Source: an uncultured Nitrososphaerales archaeon (GTDB taxonomy: Archaea > Thermoproteota > Nitrososphaeria > Nitrososphaerales > Gagatemarchaeaceae). From it: a stretch of DNA of 64,000 nucleotides. The position numbers and the translations under genes are program-made. The notes under the pieces were generated by a model, which did no database searches, had not been told where the DNA came from, and was given only the letters and a program-made list of their open reading frames with translations. The stretch is taken from positions 736,001 to 800,000 of the forward strand of contig OY970160.1 in assembly GCA_963706445.1 (NCBI GenBank), given 5' to 3'. Below, piece after piece: positions 41,086 through 49,849 of this stretch (the stretch's first letter is position 1; each line of letters begins with the position of its first letter).

Positions 41086-42906
41086 ATGGGAGAAAAGGGT
41101 AGCAAAGACTCGTCCTTAGGCCAGCGGGGCACCAACGGTCCCGACGAGGGCAAGCTCTCGCAACCCCTCAAATTCACTTCATCGCGAACAAAGCAACTCT
41201 TCGACTACTTGGTAGAATCATTTGTCGAGGACTACATGCGCAAGAAGTACGCCCAGGAGAGATCCGGATGGCGGAGTCTTGTTGACGCGGCCCGGAAGAT
41301 CGGGCTGCCTACCTCTGCGATGTACGGGAAGGGTGGCGGGCAGAGCCCTTTTGTCAGCGAGCTGATTCGACGAGGTATTGTCGAGCTGCGCGTATTTCCC
41401 GGTGAGCGCGGGCGCGGCGGGGGAATATCGAGGCTCAGAATCGCCTACGAAAAGAAACCCGTCCAGGGCTTGGTTGACAGGCTCGTCTGGGGCGACCTGC
41501 GAGGTGAGGAGCAAGTGCAACACTTGAACAGGCTGAAAGTGGCGGTGCTGCCGTTCACCAATATGAGCCCTGACCCTCGAGACGGATACTTCGCGGACGG
41601 GATGACAGAGGAGCTGATCTCAGCGGTCTCCAAGGTACGAGGGTTGAGCGTGATCTCACGAATCTCTGTCATGCACTACAAGGACCAGTCGATAGGGGCC
41701 CGGGAGATCGGTAGAGAACTGAAGACCGGCACGCTGCTCGAAGGCAGCGTCAGGAAGGCAGGCGATCGGGTCCGGGTCGCTGTCCAAATGATCAACGCCG
41801 AAACCGACGAGCATCTCTGGGCAGAGAACTACGACAGGACACTGGAGGACGTCTTCTCCATTCAAAGTGACATAGCCCAGAACGTAGCATCCATGCTCAA
41901 GGTCACCCTCCTTAATAGCGACCGGGAGAGGCTCGAGAAGGCCCCGACAAAAGACCCGGAAGCCCACGCCCTGTACCTGAAGGGGAGATCCCTTGGGATA
42001 CGTGGAACCGAGGCAGATCTGAAGAAAGCGGCCAAGTTCTATCGGAAGGCTATCCTGAAGGATCCCAAGTATGCCCTCGCGTACGCTTGGCTCTCCGATG
42101 CCACGTCTACATTGGGATTCTACGAGATGACGCCGCCCGTGAAGTCGTTCAAGAGAGCCGAAGAACTTGCCCGACGAGCGCTCGAAATAGACCCATCGCT
42201 CCCCGAAGCTCACATGTCATTGGGTGAAGTCCTTTTCAATCAATGGGATTTCAAAGGCTCAGAGGAAGAATTGAACCGTGCCTTGGAGCTGGACCCAAAC
42301 TCCGCGACGGTCCTGAGCGACAAAGCGAATCTAATGCTCTTCAGGGGGCGTCTCGACGAAGCCGCGACGCTCGCAAGGAGGGCGCTGGAACTTGACCCCC
42401 TATCACCGTCCATCCTCAATAATGCTGCAACAATTCTCCTCTATTCTGGCAAACTGGACGACGCCATAACCCTCTTCAAGAAGGTTCTCGAAATTGATCC
42501 CGAAGCGGCCTCTGCGCTGTGCAACCTCGGCGTGGCGTACGTCCAGAAGGGGATGTTAGACGAAGGCATAGATTCAATTCGTGATGCGATAAGGATGTCA
42601 AAGGGCTCCAGCCCGGGTCAGTGGAGCGACCTGGGACACGCGCTGAGCAAAGCTGGCAGGTTCGCAGAACTCAGGGAGCTTCTGATCGAAACCCTCGAAT
42701 GGCACGCGAAGAACCATCGTGGCGCCATCGCGCTCGTGTCACTCTACGCAAACCTTGGCGACAAGGACAAGGCCTTCGAGTGGCTGGAGAAGGCCATCGA
42801 AGAGCATTCAGGCTATCTCAATGGGATCCTTGCCGACTTCGCCTTCGAGGACCTCCGTTCGGACCCCCGGATGGAAGCAATCATAGCCCGTCTGGGCTTA
42901 AGATGA
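41086..42906 (+). CDS. TolB-N-like/TPR protein with an N-terminal HTH-like domain in place of the cyclase
   Basis: VAVLPF..FADGMTEELI + TPRs as in the cyclases; N-terminal WRSLVDAARKIGLPTSAMYG...GERGRGG. Confidence 0.75.
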   Translation: MGEKGSKDSSLGQRGTNGPDEGKLSQPLKFTSSRTKQLFDYLVESFVEDYMRKKYAQERSGWRSLVDAARKIGLPTSAMYGKGGGQSPFVSELIRRGIVELRVFPGERGRGGGISRLRIAYEKKPVQGLVDRLVWGDLRGEEQVQHLNRLKVAVLPFTNMSPDPRDGYFADGMTEELISAVSKVRGLSVISRISVMHYKDQSIGAREIGRELKTGTLLEGSVRKAGDRVRVAVQMINAETDEHLWAENYDRTLEDVFSIQSDIAQNVASMLKVTLLNSDRERLEKAPTKDPEAHALYLKGRSLGIRGTEADLKKAAKFYRKAILKDPKYALAYAWLSDATSTLGFYEMTPPVKSFKRAEELARRALEIDPSLPEAHMSLGEVLFNQWDFKGSEEELNRALELDPNSATVLSDKANLMLFRGRLDEAATLARRALELDPLSPSILNNAATILLYSGKLDDAITLFKKVLEIDPEAASALCNLGVAYVQKGMLDEGIDSIRDAIRMSKGSSPGQWSDLGHALSKAGRFAELRELLIETLEWHAKNHRGAIALVSLYANLGDKDKAFEWLEKAIEEHSGYLNGILADFAFEDLRSDPRMEAIIARLGLR

Positions 42907-42934
42907 AGCGCCGAATCTAGAAGTTAGCCATTAT

Positions 42935-42974
42935 GTTGGGGCGCCCACGCGAACTGAGAAAACCCGGTTAGGGT
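42935..42974 (+). repeat. att-like dispersed repeat copy F
   Basis: GTTGGGGCGCCCACGCGAACTGAGAAAACCCGGTTAGGGT. Confidence 0.72.
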
Positions 42975-43011
42975 AAGGGAAATGTCATGATTAAATAGAG
43001 AAAAGGCGAGT

Positions 43012-43356
43012 ATGATGCCAGTGAAGACGACCAGGACCCTGGGAATCGTCTCGGCAGTCGTCGGCCTCGTCCTACTCTTGATTACCTTCGCCCTAGCCTA
43101 CTCCGTCTTCGCCAGCCATCAGGGCGCACTCACATCGACGGACCTTTCCACGAACTTCGCTTCGCTGTTACAGGCTGCGGTGCAGGCCCTCTTTCTGGGA
43201 ATAATGGGTTGGGCCGGCTCACTCCTCATGATCCGGGGAATCGACTTCGAGAAGGTCGAGAGGGGCGTCGGCGTCGTCACCTTCAAAGTGGACAAGGGGG
43301 TAGGGATCATGACCCAGCAGCCTGATCAAGAAGAGAACAAACCGAAGAGCTCTTGA
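43012..43356 (+). CDS. Two-TM membrane protein
   Basis: First gene of a tight 3-gene operon. Confidence 0.65.
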   Translation: MMPVKTTRTLGIVSAVVGLVLLLITFALAYSVFASHQGALTSTDLSTNFASLLQAAVQALFLGIMGWAGSLLMIRGIDFEKVERGVGVVTFKVDKGVGIMTQQPDQEENKPKSS

Positions 43357-43838
43357 AGACCGAACAGTCGACCGCAGGGAGGTCTCTGAGGGGCGTATCC
43401 ATAGTCATAACTCTCCTTTCCGTGGTCATCTTCGCCACGATCGCCTATTCGGCCTACGAGGACAGCGTCGGTATCCTTGGGATCTTTGGCCAGGGTTCCA
43501 GCACGCCGGCGATCAGTGCCAAGACTGTCTACCAGGGTTCGACGGCCATGGTATCCATGAACATAACGCTGCATAACAATGGTCTCTATCCCCTCGCCTT
43601 CTCGATATCGTGCGTCCGATCCCCGGGCGCCCTGAACGCCACATGCAACAATCCCGCGACCTCGATAGCCATGAGCCAAACGGCGACCGTGCACTTCCTC
43701 ATGAATGTCACCGGGGTCGCCCCCCAGTCCGGAACGGGCGGGAGGCCCATAGATGTTGACGTGAATGTGACGCTCAATCCATTCGTCTCGCTCAAGGTCA
43801 CCACCGACCTGAGTGGGCTGGTAGGAGTTGTTCCCTAG
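43353..43838 (+). CDS. Membrane-anchored beta-sandwich protein (LEA_2/WHy-like)
   Basis: N-terminal TM; ITLHNNGLYPL pattern; 4-bp overlap. Confidence 0.55.
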   Translation: MKTEQSTAGRSLRGVSIVITLLSVVIFATIAYSAYEDSVGILGIFGQGSSTPAISAKTVYQGSTAMVSMNITLHNNGLYPLAFSISCVRSPGALNATCNNPATSIAMSQTATVHFLMNVTGVAPQSGTGGRPIDVDVNVTLNPFVSLKVTTDLSGLVGVVP

Positions 43839-43841
43839 GCC

Positions 43842-44312
43842 TTGATGGGCGAGTACGTGAGCTGGCGAAGCAGGATTCTTGGAGCCGCCTTTGCCGCAGC
43901 ATTGAACATCTTTGTCTGGGTAGTCGTCCCCTATTTCTTGTACTCTGACCTCCTAAAGCTCGAGCCGACTGCAGTGAGCGCCGCCGGCTCTGGGATCTTC
44001 TCCCTGGACTTCATTTACACCTTCGGAGCGATCATAACGGGTCTCGAAGTGATGGGTGCCCTGACGAACGGGATGGCGGTCTCGGTCCCGCTGATCAGCG
44101 GTGGATACATTGCGTCGGCCTACTTCACCTACGCCTTGGTCAACGGGGGAACTTTCGCCCTCGAAGCGGCAGGTCTGAAATTCGCACTCTCGTTCCAACC
44201 GCTGCTTTTCCTGCTGATGCTCCCATCTCTATTTAGCGCATTCAAGGGGCCGATTTCTTTCTTGCTTGAGCGCACGGAGGCAGGGAGGGGAGCTTCTGAT
44301 CTTGCAGGTTAG
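43842..44312 (+). CDS. Four-TM membrane protein
   Basis: Hydrophobic; operonic. Confidence 0.65.
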   Translation: MMGEYVSWRSRILGAAFAAALNIFVWVVVPYFLYSDLLKLEPTAVSAAGSGIFSLDFIYTFGAIITGLEVMGALTNGMAVSVPLISGGYIASAYFTYALVNGGTFALEAAGLKFALSFQPLLFLLMLPSLFSAFKGPISFLLERTEAGRGASDLAG

Positions 44313-44374
44313 GCTACTGCAAGAGTCTGGAATTGCCACTTAGGCCTAGGCCTGCTTGACAATGCGCCCGAGGG

Positions 44375-44514
44375 ATTCGGGCTCCTACCTAGAATGTCTA
44401 GGCCCGGCCAGGGCGCACAACAGGGCGGTCTTCTCGGCTCCGACAATGGCTTGTTTCAGCCTAAGATCAACGGAGTAACCATCACGATCAACGGATCTGC
44501 TACCTAAACTGCAA
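44375..44514 (+). repeat. att-like repeat copy G plus ~100-bp extension shared with copy I
   Basis: GGGCTCCTACCTAGAATGTCTAGGCCCGGCCAGGGCGCACAAC...CTCGGCTCCGACAATGGCTTGTTTCAGC...AACTGCAA. Confidence 0.85.
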
Positions 44515-44565
44515 TCACATAGCTCGAATAACCATTTATCAGCCATCAATTTCCCCGAAGATGAC

Positions 44566-44973
44566 GTGGGCTCAACCCTACTCCTTCAGCCCATGATGTA
44601 CTTCGTTCCTTTCCGACTAGCCGCTCCCCAACGGGGATCAGAAGGAGACTCAGGTCAGACACCGATTCCAGCCGTTCTTGATCCTTCGTTCAAACGCATA
44701 ATGGTCTACGTCTTCGTTGCTAGCCGAGGGGGACAAAACAGGGCACGAATCGCGGAGATGCTTCGAGGAGAGCCGTCGAACCTCAACAGGATCTCAGAGG
44801 GCCTCAAGCTCGACTACAAGACGGTCCGTCATCACATCGGGGTTCTAGAGGAGAACGGAGTCATCATCTCGAATGCAAAGGGGGCTTACGGTGCGGTTTA
44901 TTTCCTGACCCCTTATTTTGAAAAATACTTCGAAATCGTCAAGGAAATGTGGGTTCGATTTGGGCATAGTTAG
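44566..44973 (+). CDS. ArsR-like winged-helix regulator
   Basis: SRGGQNRARI...LKLDYKTVRHHIGVLEENG...YGAVYFLT; true start probably downstream of 44566. Confidence 0.85.
   Translation: MGSTLLLQPMMYFVPFRLAAPQRGSEGDSGQTPIPAVLDPSFKRIMVYVFVASRGGQNRARIAEMLRGEPSNLNRISEGLKLDYKTVRHHIGVLEENGVIISNAKGAYGAVYFLTPYFEKYFEIVKEMWVRFGHS
44947..44968 (+). promoter_or_regulatory. Tandem 11-bp operator O1 (inside the 3' end of the HTH gene)
   Basis: ATGTGGGTTCG-ATTTGGGCATA; ends 33 nt before ATG 45001. Confidence 0.7.
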
Positions 44974-45000
44974 ATATAGCTTGAGAGGGTCGAATAGCTG

Positions 45001-45312
45001 ATGGCGTTCGACATCTTCTGGATGAACGTCGCTGCAGGTTTCGCGTTCGTCAACATCGCCTTCGTGGCTTTGTTGATAGGCCTCTACTTCAGGAGCTGGC
45101 AGAAGGTGCGTTCCTCGCTGAGCCTCGCACTGATTCTCTTCGCTGTATTCTTCCTGGTTCAGAATGGGGTAATCGTAGTCTTCTGGTACGTCCTCTACGG
45201 TCTTGGCCCTCCCTTCCAGTCGGTCGTGGTTTCAGCGGCCCCCTACCTTGCTGCAATCAACGCCCTTGAGACGCTTGCGCTCGCGAACCTAGTTAGGATC
45301 ACTTGGAGCTAG
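45001..45312 (+). CDS. Three-TM membrane protein, probable partner of the ArsR-like HTH
   Basis: Hydrophobic; Y..W.KVRS...LILFA.FFLVQN pattern; adjacent to the HTH gene. Confidence 0.75.
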   Translation: MAFDIFWMNVAAGFAFVNIAFVALLIGLYFRSWQKVRSSLSLALILFAVFFLVQNGVIVVFWYVLYGLGPPFQSVVVSAAPYLAAINALETLALANLVRITWS

Positions 45313-45365
45313 TCCAAGCCAGGCTGGCCATGCCCCAGCCCGGTTCGGCAGATCCCGTCAACCCG

Positions 45366-45387
45366 ATTTGGGTCGGATTTGGGCATA
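45366..45387 (+). promoter_or_regulatory. Tandem 11-bp operator O2
   Basis: ATTTGGGTCGG-ATTTGGGCATA; ends 33 nt before ATG 45420. Confidence 0.75.
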
Positions 45388-45419
45388 CCGCTAATTAGTC
45401 TGAACCAAGAATAATACCG

Positions 45420-45599
45420 ATGACCGGATATTCAGCCGACCTGAAGCAAGTATGTGGCTGTGCCTGGGCAGCTACCGGTGCCACTTCGGACGAAGTGACA
45501 AACAAAGTGGCGTCGCATGCGATGCAGGCTCACGGGATGGATGAGGTCCCAGCCGAAGTAGCCCAGAAGCTTCAGGCAGCCATGAGACCGACGATGTAA
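45420..45599 (+). CDS. DUF1059-like small metal-binding protein (59 aa, not in the ORF track)
   Basis: MTGYSADLKQVCGCAWAATGATSDEVTNKVASHAMQAHGMDEVPAEVAQKLQAAMRPTM; CxC plus HxxxxH. Confidence 0.8.
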   Translation: MTGYSADLKQVCGCAWAATGATSDEVTNKVASHAMQAHGMDEVPAEVAQKLQAAMRPTM

Positions 45600-45609
45600 G
45601 AACTCACTG

Positions 45610-45637
45610 GAGGCGCAAGCCTCCTCTTTCTTTTTCT
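45610..45637 (+). terminator. Hairpin plus T-rich terminator
   Basis: GAGGC-GCAA-GCCTC followed by CTCTTTCTTTTTCT directly after the DUF1059 gene. Confidence 0.55.
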
Positions 45638-45783
45638 GATCAGACGATCTTGCAATCCATCAAAAGGAAGCTTTGTCGAAGGAGAACAAGCCGTAGGTGA
45701 TTTTAGGCGAATTGGAGGGCACCCTTGAAGACAACAGCTGCGCCGAAACAAGAAGGTCGAGGCAGAGGGCGATTCATTTGCCG

Positions 45784-45805
45784 ATTTGGGCATAATTCTG
45801 GCATA
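45784..45805 (+). promoter_or_regulatory. Tandem 11-bp operator O3
   Basis: ATTTGGGCATA-ATTCTGGCATA; ends 35 nt before ATG 45840. Confidence 0.75.
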
Positions 45806-45839
45806 GCCTTTTCTACTTTTTGCACTCGATGCTCTTCCG

Positions 45840-46163
45840 ATGAATGACATAACAGATGAAAGTCGGCGCAAGTTTCTGAAGGTTGTGGCGCTTGGAGGGG
45901 TAGCTGTCGCTGCAACACCGCTCTTGATGAATGCCAAGATCCTGGGGTTGGGGTCAGCTTCCGTAAGCCCCGCTTTGGGGACAGGAACGGCATACGCACC
46001 TGTTTCAACTAAAACGGGTGGCGCCGGAGGGGACGATTCCACTTTGGTAGTCGTAGTGAAGAACGGCCAGGTCACAGGCTACAGGGGTGCGCAGAAGGTC
46101 GCCATGAATGACCTTGCGCTCGGATCCCAACTTCACACCTCCTTCGAGTCATACCTGGAGTGA
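45840..46163 (+). CDS. Small twin-arginine (Tat) signal protein
   Basis: Consensus SRRKFLK plus h-region; small C-terminal beta domain. Confidence 0.85.
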   Translation: MNDITDESRRKFLKVVALGGVAVAATPLLMNAKILGLGSASVSPALGTGTAYAPVSTKTGGAGGDDSTLVVVVKNGQVTGYRGAQKVAMNDLALGSQLHTSFESYLE

Positions 46164-46169
46164 TTGGAA

Positions 46170-47627
46170 ATGACATCCCACAGAGAGGCGCCGTCGATCT
46201 CTAAGGACCCGGTTGCGGACAATACAGATCTGTATGCGTTCGTCAGTCCCGACAAGCCGAACACAGTGACAATCCTGGCCAACTACATACCGCTTGAAGA
46301 GCCAGCTGGAGGCCCGAATTTCAATTCGTTCGGGGACGACGTACTCTACGAGATCAAGATCGACAATGACGCCGACGCCAAACCAGACATCACCTATCAG
46401 TTCACATTCAGGACTACGGTCGCAAACAAGAACACCTTCCTTTACAACACCGGTCCAATAGCAACGCTCGATTCGCCGAACTGGAACGTCCGTCAGTTCT
46501 ACAAGGTGACCGAAGTCAAGGGAGATGGCATCGCAAAGGTGCTTGGTGACAACCTTCCCTGCCCGCCGGTCAACATAGGTCCCCGGTCAACGCCCAGCTA
46601 TGCGAGCTTGGCCGACGCCGCGATCAAGGCCCTTTCCGACGGATCTTCGGTGTTCGCCGGCGCACGCGCGGACGGGTTCTACGTAGACCTTGGGTCGATC
46701 TTTGACCTGGGGACACTAAGGCCGCTCGAGTCCTACCACCTGATTCCAGTCCCGCCGAACGCTGCGGGGGTGAACGGACTTAAGGGATACAACTGCCACA
46801 GTATCGCTCTTCAGGTGCCCATCTCCAAACTGACGTCGGACGGTTCGGTACCAACCGACCCTAGCAAGCAAGAGGCTGTCCTTGGTTTCTGGGCTACAGC
46901 TAGTCGGCGAGCGGTCAGGGTTCCAGACGGAGCCTCTTCGAGCCAGGCATTCGAAGAAGCGGGGCCCTTCGTTCAGGTGTCCAGACTCGGAAACCCTCTG
47001 ATCAACGAGGTCGTAATTCCGGTCGGTACGAAGGACCAGTGGAACACTGTACAACCCTCGATGGACTCGGCCTTCGCCCCCTACTATCTAGTCCCCGAGC
47101 TCTCCAAGCTTCTGCCGGTACTGTACCCGGGCGTCTTCCCCAATCTGGCCGGCCTCTCAGGCTCAGCCGCCCCCAGAAACGACCTCGCAGCCATTCTTCT
47201 GACGGGTATCCCGAGCGGGATAATCACCGGGTTCCAGAACTTCACTGGTGCGACTCAGGCAGACATGCTCAGGCTGAACGTCGCCATCCCTCCAAACACA
47301 ACCGCGGGGGCCAACCCGCCTTTCAACAGCTCGAGCAGGCAGGGGATCCTTGGCGGAGACCTGGCGGGCTATCCCAACGGCCGACGGGTGTTCGACAACG
47401 TCGTGGCCATAGAGCTCCGAGCCATAGCGGGTCTCACATACCCCCTTGTCATGCCCAGCTACACCCCTGACGCGGCCGCAGGAATTTTGGCCGACACCGA
47501 CACCCCAGATCCAGGTGTCACAAAGTTCTCTGACGCCCAGAACGATGTCACCAACGCGCCATACCTGGGAAGCTTTCCATACCTCGCGACTCCCTACCAG
47601 GGTTACGAGCATGAGCACGACCCCTAG
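46170..47627 (+). CDS. DUF4331 family protein without a signal peptide
   Basis: SHREAP...DNTDLYAF, QVSRLGNPLINEV, DMLRLN and GYPNGRR motifs; SD GGAGTGA before ATG 46170. Confidence 0.88.
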   Translation: MTSHREAPSISKDPVADNTDLYAFVSPDKPNTVTILANYIPLEEPAGGPNFNSFGDDVLYEIKIDNDADAKPDITYQFTFRTTVANKNTFLYNTGPIATLDSPNWNVRQFYKVTEVKGDGIAKVLGDNLPCPPVNIGPRSTPSYASLADAAIKALSDGSSVFAGARADGFYVDLGSIFDLGTLRPLESYHLIPVPPNAAGVNGLKGYNCHSIALQVPISKLTSDGSVPTDPSKQEAVLGFWATASRRAVRVPDGASSSQAFEEAGPFVQVSRLGNPLINEVVIPVGTKDQWNTVQPSMDSAFAPYYLVPELSKLLPVLYPGVFPNLAGLSGSAAPRNDLAAILLTGIPSGIITGFQNFTGATQADMLRLNVAIPPNTTAGANPPFNSSSRQGILGGDLAGYPNGRRVFDNVVAIELRAIAGLTYPLVMPSYTPDAAAGILADTDTPDPGVTKFSDAQNDVTNAPYLGSFPYLATPYQGYEHEHDP

Positions 47628-47657
47628 GCCGGTTCCGGACTTCGTAGGTTTCCATCC

Positions 47658-48695
47658 ATGAAGCTGGGACTGCCAATGGGGGACAGGATGGCGGTCCTAG
47701 GAATCTACGCAGCCATCGGGGCAGCCACGGCAGCCAGCCTGATGATAGCAGGGATCGTCGGGCGCTCGTTCGCCTTGATTCTGGGATTGAGCATGACGAC
47801 CTACATCCTCGGAGTCAGGCACGGGCTCGATGCGGACCATATTGCAGCCATAGACAACGTCACCAGGAGGCTGATGAACGGGGGGAAGCGCCCCATGACG
47901 GTGGGGACCTGGTTCTCGCTCGGGCACTCTACCATAGTCTTCGCTCTCACAGCTGGGATCACGATCGGGGCGCGCCAGGTCCTAGCCGCCGAGCCCGAGA
48001 TAGCCGGAATGGGATCTATCCTGGGTACGGGCATATCGGCCGCCTTTCTCTGGCTCATCGGGACAGTCAACCTCCTTTCTGCCATCCAAATCTACCGAAC
48101 GCTGAGGGCTGTACACAGCGGGAAGAATCAGGGCGACTCCGCTGATATTGCCATCCAGGGCGGGGGCTTCTTCAGCAGGAGGATGGGCCGGCTCTTCGAC
48201 CTGGTTCGGAAGCCGTGGCAGATATACCCCATAGGCATCCTGTTTGGGCTCGGGTTCGACACCGCGACCGAGGTCGCGCTAGTCTCGCTCAGTGTGCTCG
48301 CCGCGGTGGGGGGCTCGATCCCGGTCTGGACCGTGCTCATATTGCCAGCTACCTTCAGCTGCGGGATGGTGCTGGTCGATACTACCGACGGTGTGATGAT
48401 GACTTTTGCCTACGAATGGGCGTTTCTCCAACCTATGCGCAAGATATTCTACAATCTGACCTTGACCGTAGGGTCAATCGTCGTAGCCTTCCTGATAGGG
48501 GGGGTCGAGGTGCTCCAGGTCCTCTCACAGGGGCTGGGCCTTAGGGGCTTTTTCTGGACCTGGATGGGGGGAATCGACTTTGAAACCCTGGGGCTGTTCG
48601 TAGTTGCGGCGTTCGGGGCCACATGGGTCGTATCGTTGTCCTTGTACCGGTTCAGGCGCTACGGAAGGACCCTGGCGTTGCCCGCCGGCCCGTGA
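47658..48695 (+). CDS. NiCoT nickel/cobalt permease, copy 2
   Basis: RHGLDADHIAAID, FSLGHST and LGFDTATE signatures. Confidence 0.93.
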   Translation: MKLGLPMGDRMAVLGIYAAIGAATAASLMIAGIVGRSFALILGLSMTTYILGVRHGLDADHIAAIDNVTRRLMNGGKRPMTVGTWFSLGHSTIVFALTAGITIGARQVLAAEPEIAGMGSILGTGISAAFLWLIGTVNLLSAIQIYRTLRAVHSGKNQGDSADIAIQGGGFFSRRMGRLFDLVRKPWQIYPIGILFGLGFDTATEVALVSLSVLAAVGGSIPVWTVLILPATFSCGMVLVDTTDGVMMTFAYEWAFLQPMRKIFYNLTLTVGSIVVAFLIGGVEVLQVLSQGLGLRGFFWTWMGGIDFETLGLFVVAAFGATWVVSLSLYRFRRYGRTLALPAGP

Positions 48696-48717
48696 AGATC
48701 CGTTTTCGCCGATGGCC

Positions 48718-49140
48718 CTAGCTGTTCGCGTGAAATATTCCTGAGCTTACTTCCTCGGTGACCTTGAGCCCTCCAGGTGGCACATTGAAGGGGCAGATGA
48801 TCCCCCGGCTGTATTTGACCGCTCCCTCGACCTCGATGACTGGGAACTCATCCTCGGTTGCCCGGGCGGCATGGGACCGGACTTCCTGTTCCGTCTGACA
48901 CAGCCTATCCAAGTTCTTGAGCAGGTCCTCCCCTTTTTCCGTGTAAATCCGACGTATCTTGGCCTCTCCCTCAAGCTGTTTTGACACCTCAGAATCGTAC
49001 AGAAAGACCCTGTCTCCCTCTTCGATCAGATCCCAATCGTCGCTCTTCTCCCCTACGTAAAGAACCCTATGATGAACGATGTTGTGCACCGCTTCGCGGC
49101 CCATGGGAATTATTATCCCTGTCACTCCGTTTTTCCCCAT
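48718..49140 (-). CDS. PUA/ASCH-like (DUF365-like) protein
   Basis: GDRVFLYDS...LEGEAKI...KY pattern. Confidence 0.6.
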   Translation of the reverse strand: MGKNGVTGIIIPMGREAVHNIVHHRVLYVGEKSDDWDLIEEGDRVFLYDSEVSKQLEGEAKIRRIYTEKGEDLLKNLDRLCQTEQEVRSHAARATEDEFPVIEVEGAVKYSRGIICPFNVPPGGLKVTEEVSSGIFHANS

Positions 49141-49198
49141 TTGTTGCTCGCCATCAATGGACGACTTTTGGCACTTTCGGAAGGGGTCCGTGAGAATT

Positions 49199-49492
49199 CT
49201 AGGAGAATTTCTTTACGCGCTGCACGATTTCGGCCGAAATCTGATCTGAGGTCTTTCCTTCGGTGCTTATCCCAAGCTGCTTCGCTGTATTGCGAAGCGC
49301 GTCAGGGGAACCAACTTCCGCCTCCGGGTGACCTGCCACAGGCGCTGCGGTTTCCTTCCCACCCATCTCGAATTCGTTCTTCGCCCTCCCTAAACTCCTT
49401 GCCAGTTGAGGGATCTTTGTAGGGCCCCACATCAAGACAACCACAGCGATTGCCCCTATGATCAACAGCTGAACCGGGTCTGCGAATACCAT
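49199..49492 (-). CDS. tatA: Twin-arginine translocase TatA/E subunit
   Basis: TM + WGPTKIPQLARSLGRAKNEF; archaeal-type tail LGISTEGKT. Confidence 0.9.
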   Translation of the reverse strand: MVFADPVQLLIIGAIAVVVLMWGPTKIPQLARSLGRAKNEFEMGGKETAAPVAGHPEAEVGSPDALRNTAKQLGISTEGKTSDQISAEIVQRVKKFS

Positions 49493-49525
49493 TGAAAGAC
49501 GAAGTGCGTACTGCAGATATTAGCT

Positions 49526-49547
49526 TATGCCAGATTTTGGCCCAAAT
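49526..49547 (-). promoter_or_regulatory. Tandem 11-bp operator O4
   Basis: Minus strand ATTTGGGCCAA-AATCTGGCATA; ends 34 nt before tatA ATG 49492. Confidence 0.72.
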
Positions 49548-49570
49548 CCCGGACGGACTTCCCCGGCTAG

Positions 49571-49638
49571 GTAGGGCGCCTTCAGCTCAACGGACAACGC
49601 CCGGCCAGGGCGCCTCCTTCCAATGTAGGCGCCCCAAC
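49571..49638 (+). repeat. att-like repeat copy H followed by an inverted left arm
   Basis: GTAGGGCGCCTTCAGCTCAACGGACAACGCCCGGCCAGGGCGCC; then GTAGGCGCCCCAAC (49625-49638), the reverse complement of the arm. Confidence 0.72.
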
Positions 49639-49849
49639 GTACTCATAGACTAGGAACATCAGATGAACTAGTGACTTACTTCCATGACCACGGGAAGAAG
49701 CTGGAAGCGACCATTCTCAGGACGGAGAGCGAAGACTTCCCCTGTCGGCTGAAGCACAGAGTCTTGACCATTCTCTGCATTGGCGAAGAAGTCCCTGAAT
49801 GCCGGCCAGTGTTTGTGAATCGCAGAAGAGGCTGGTTCCCTCAATAGTT

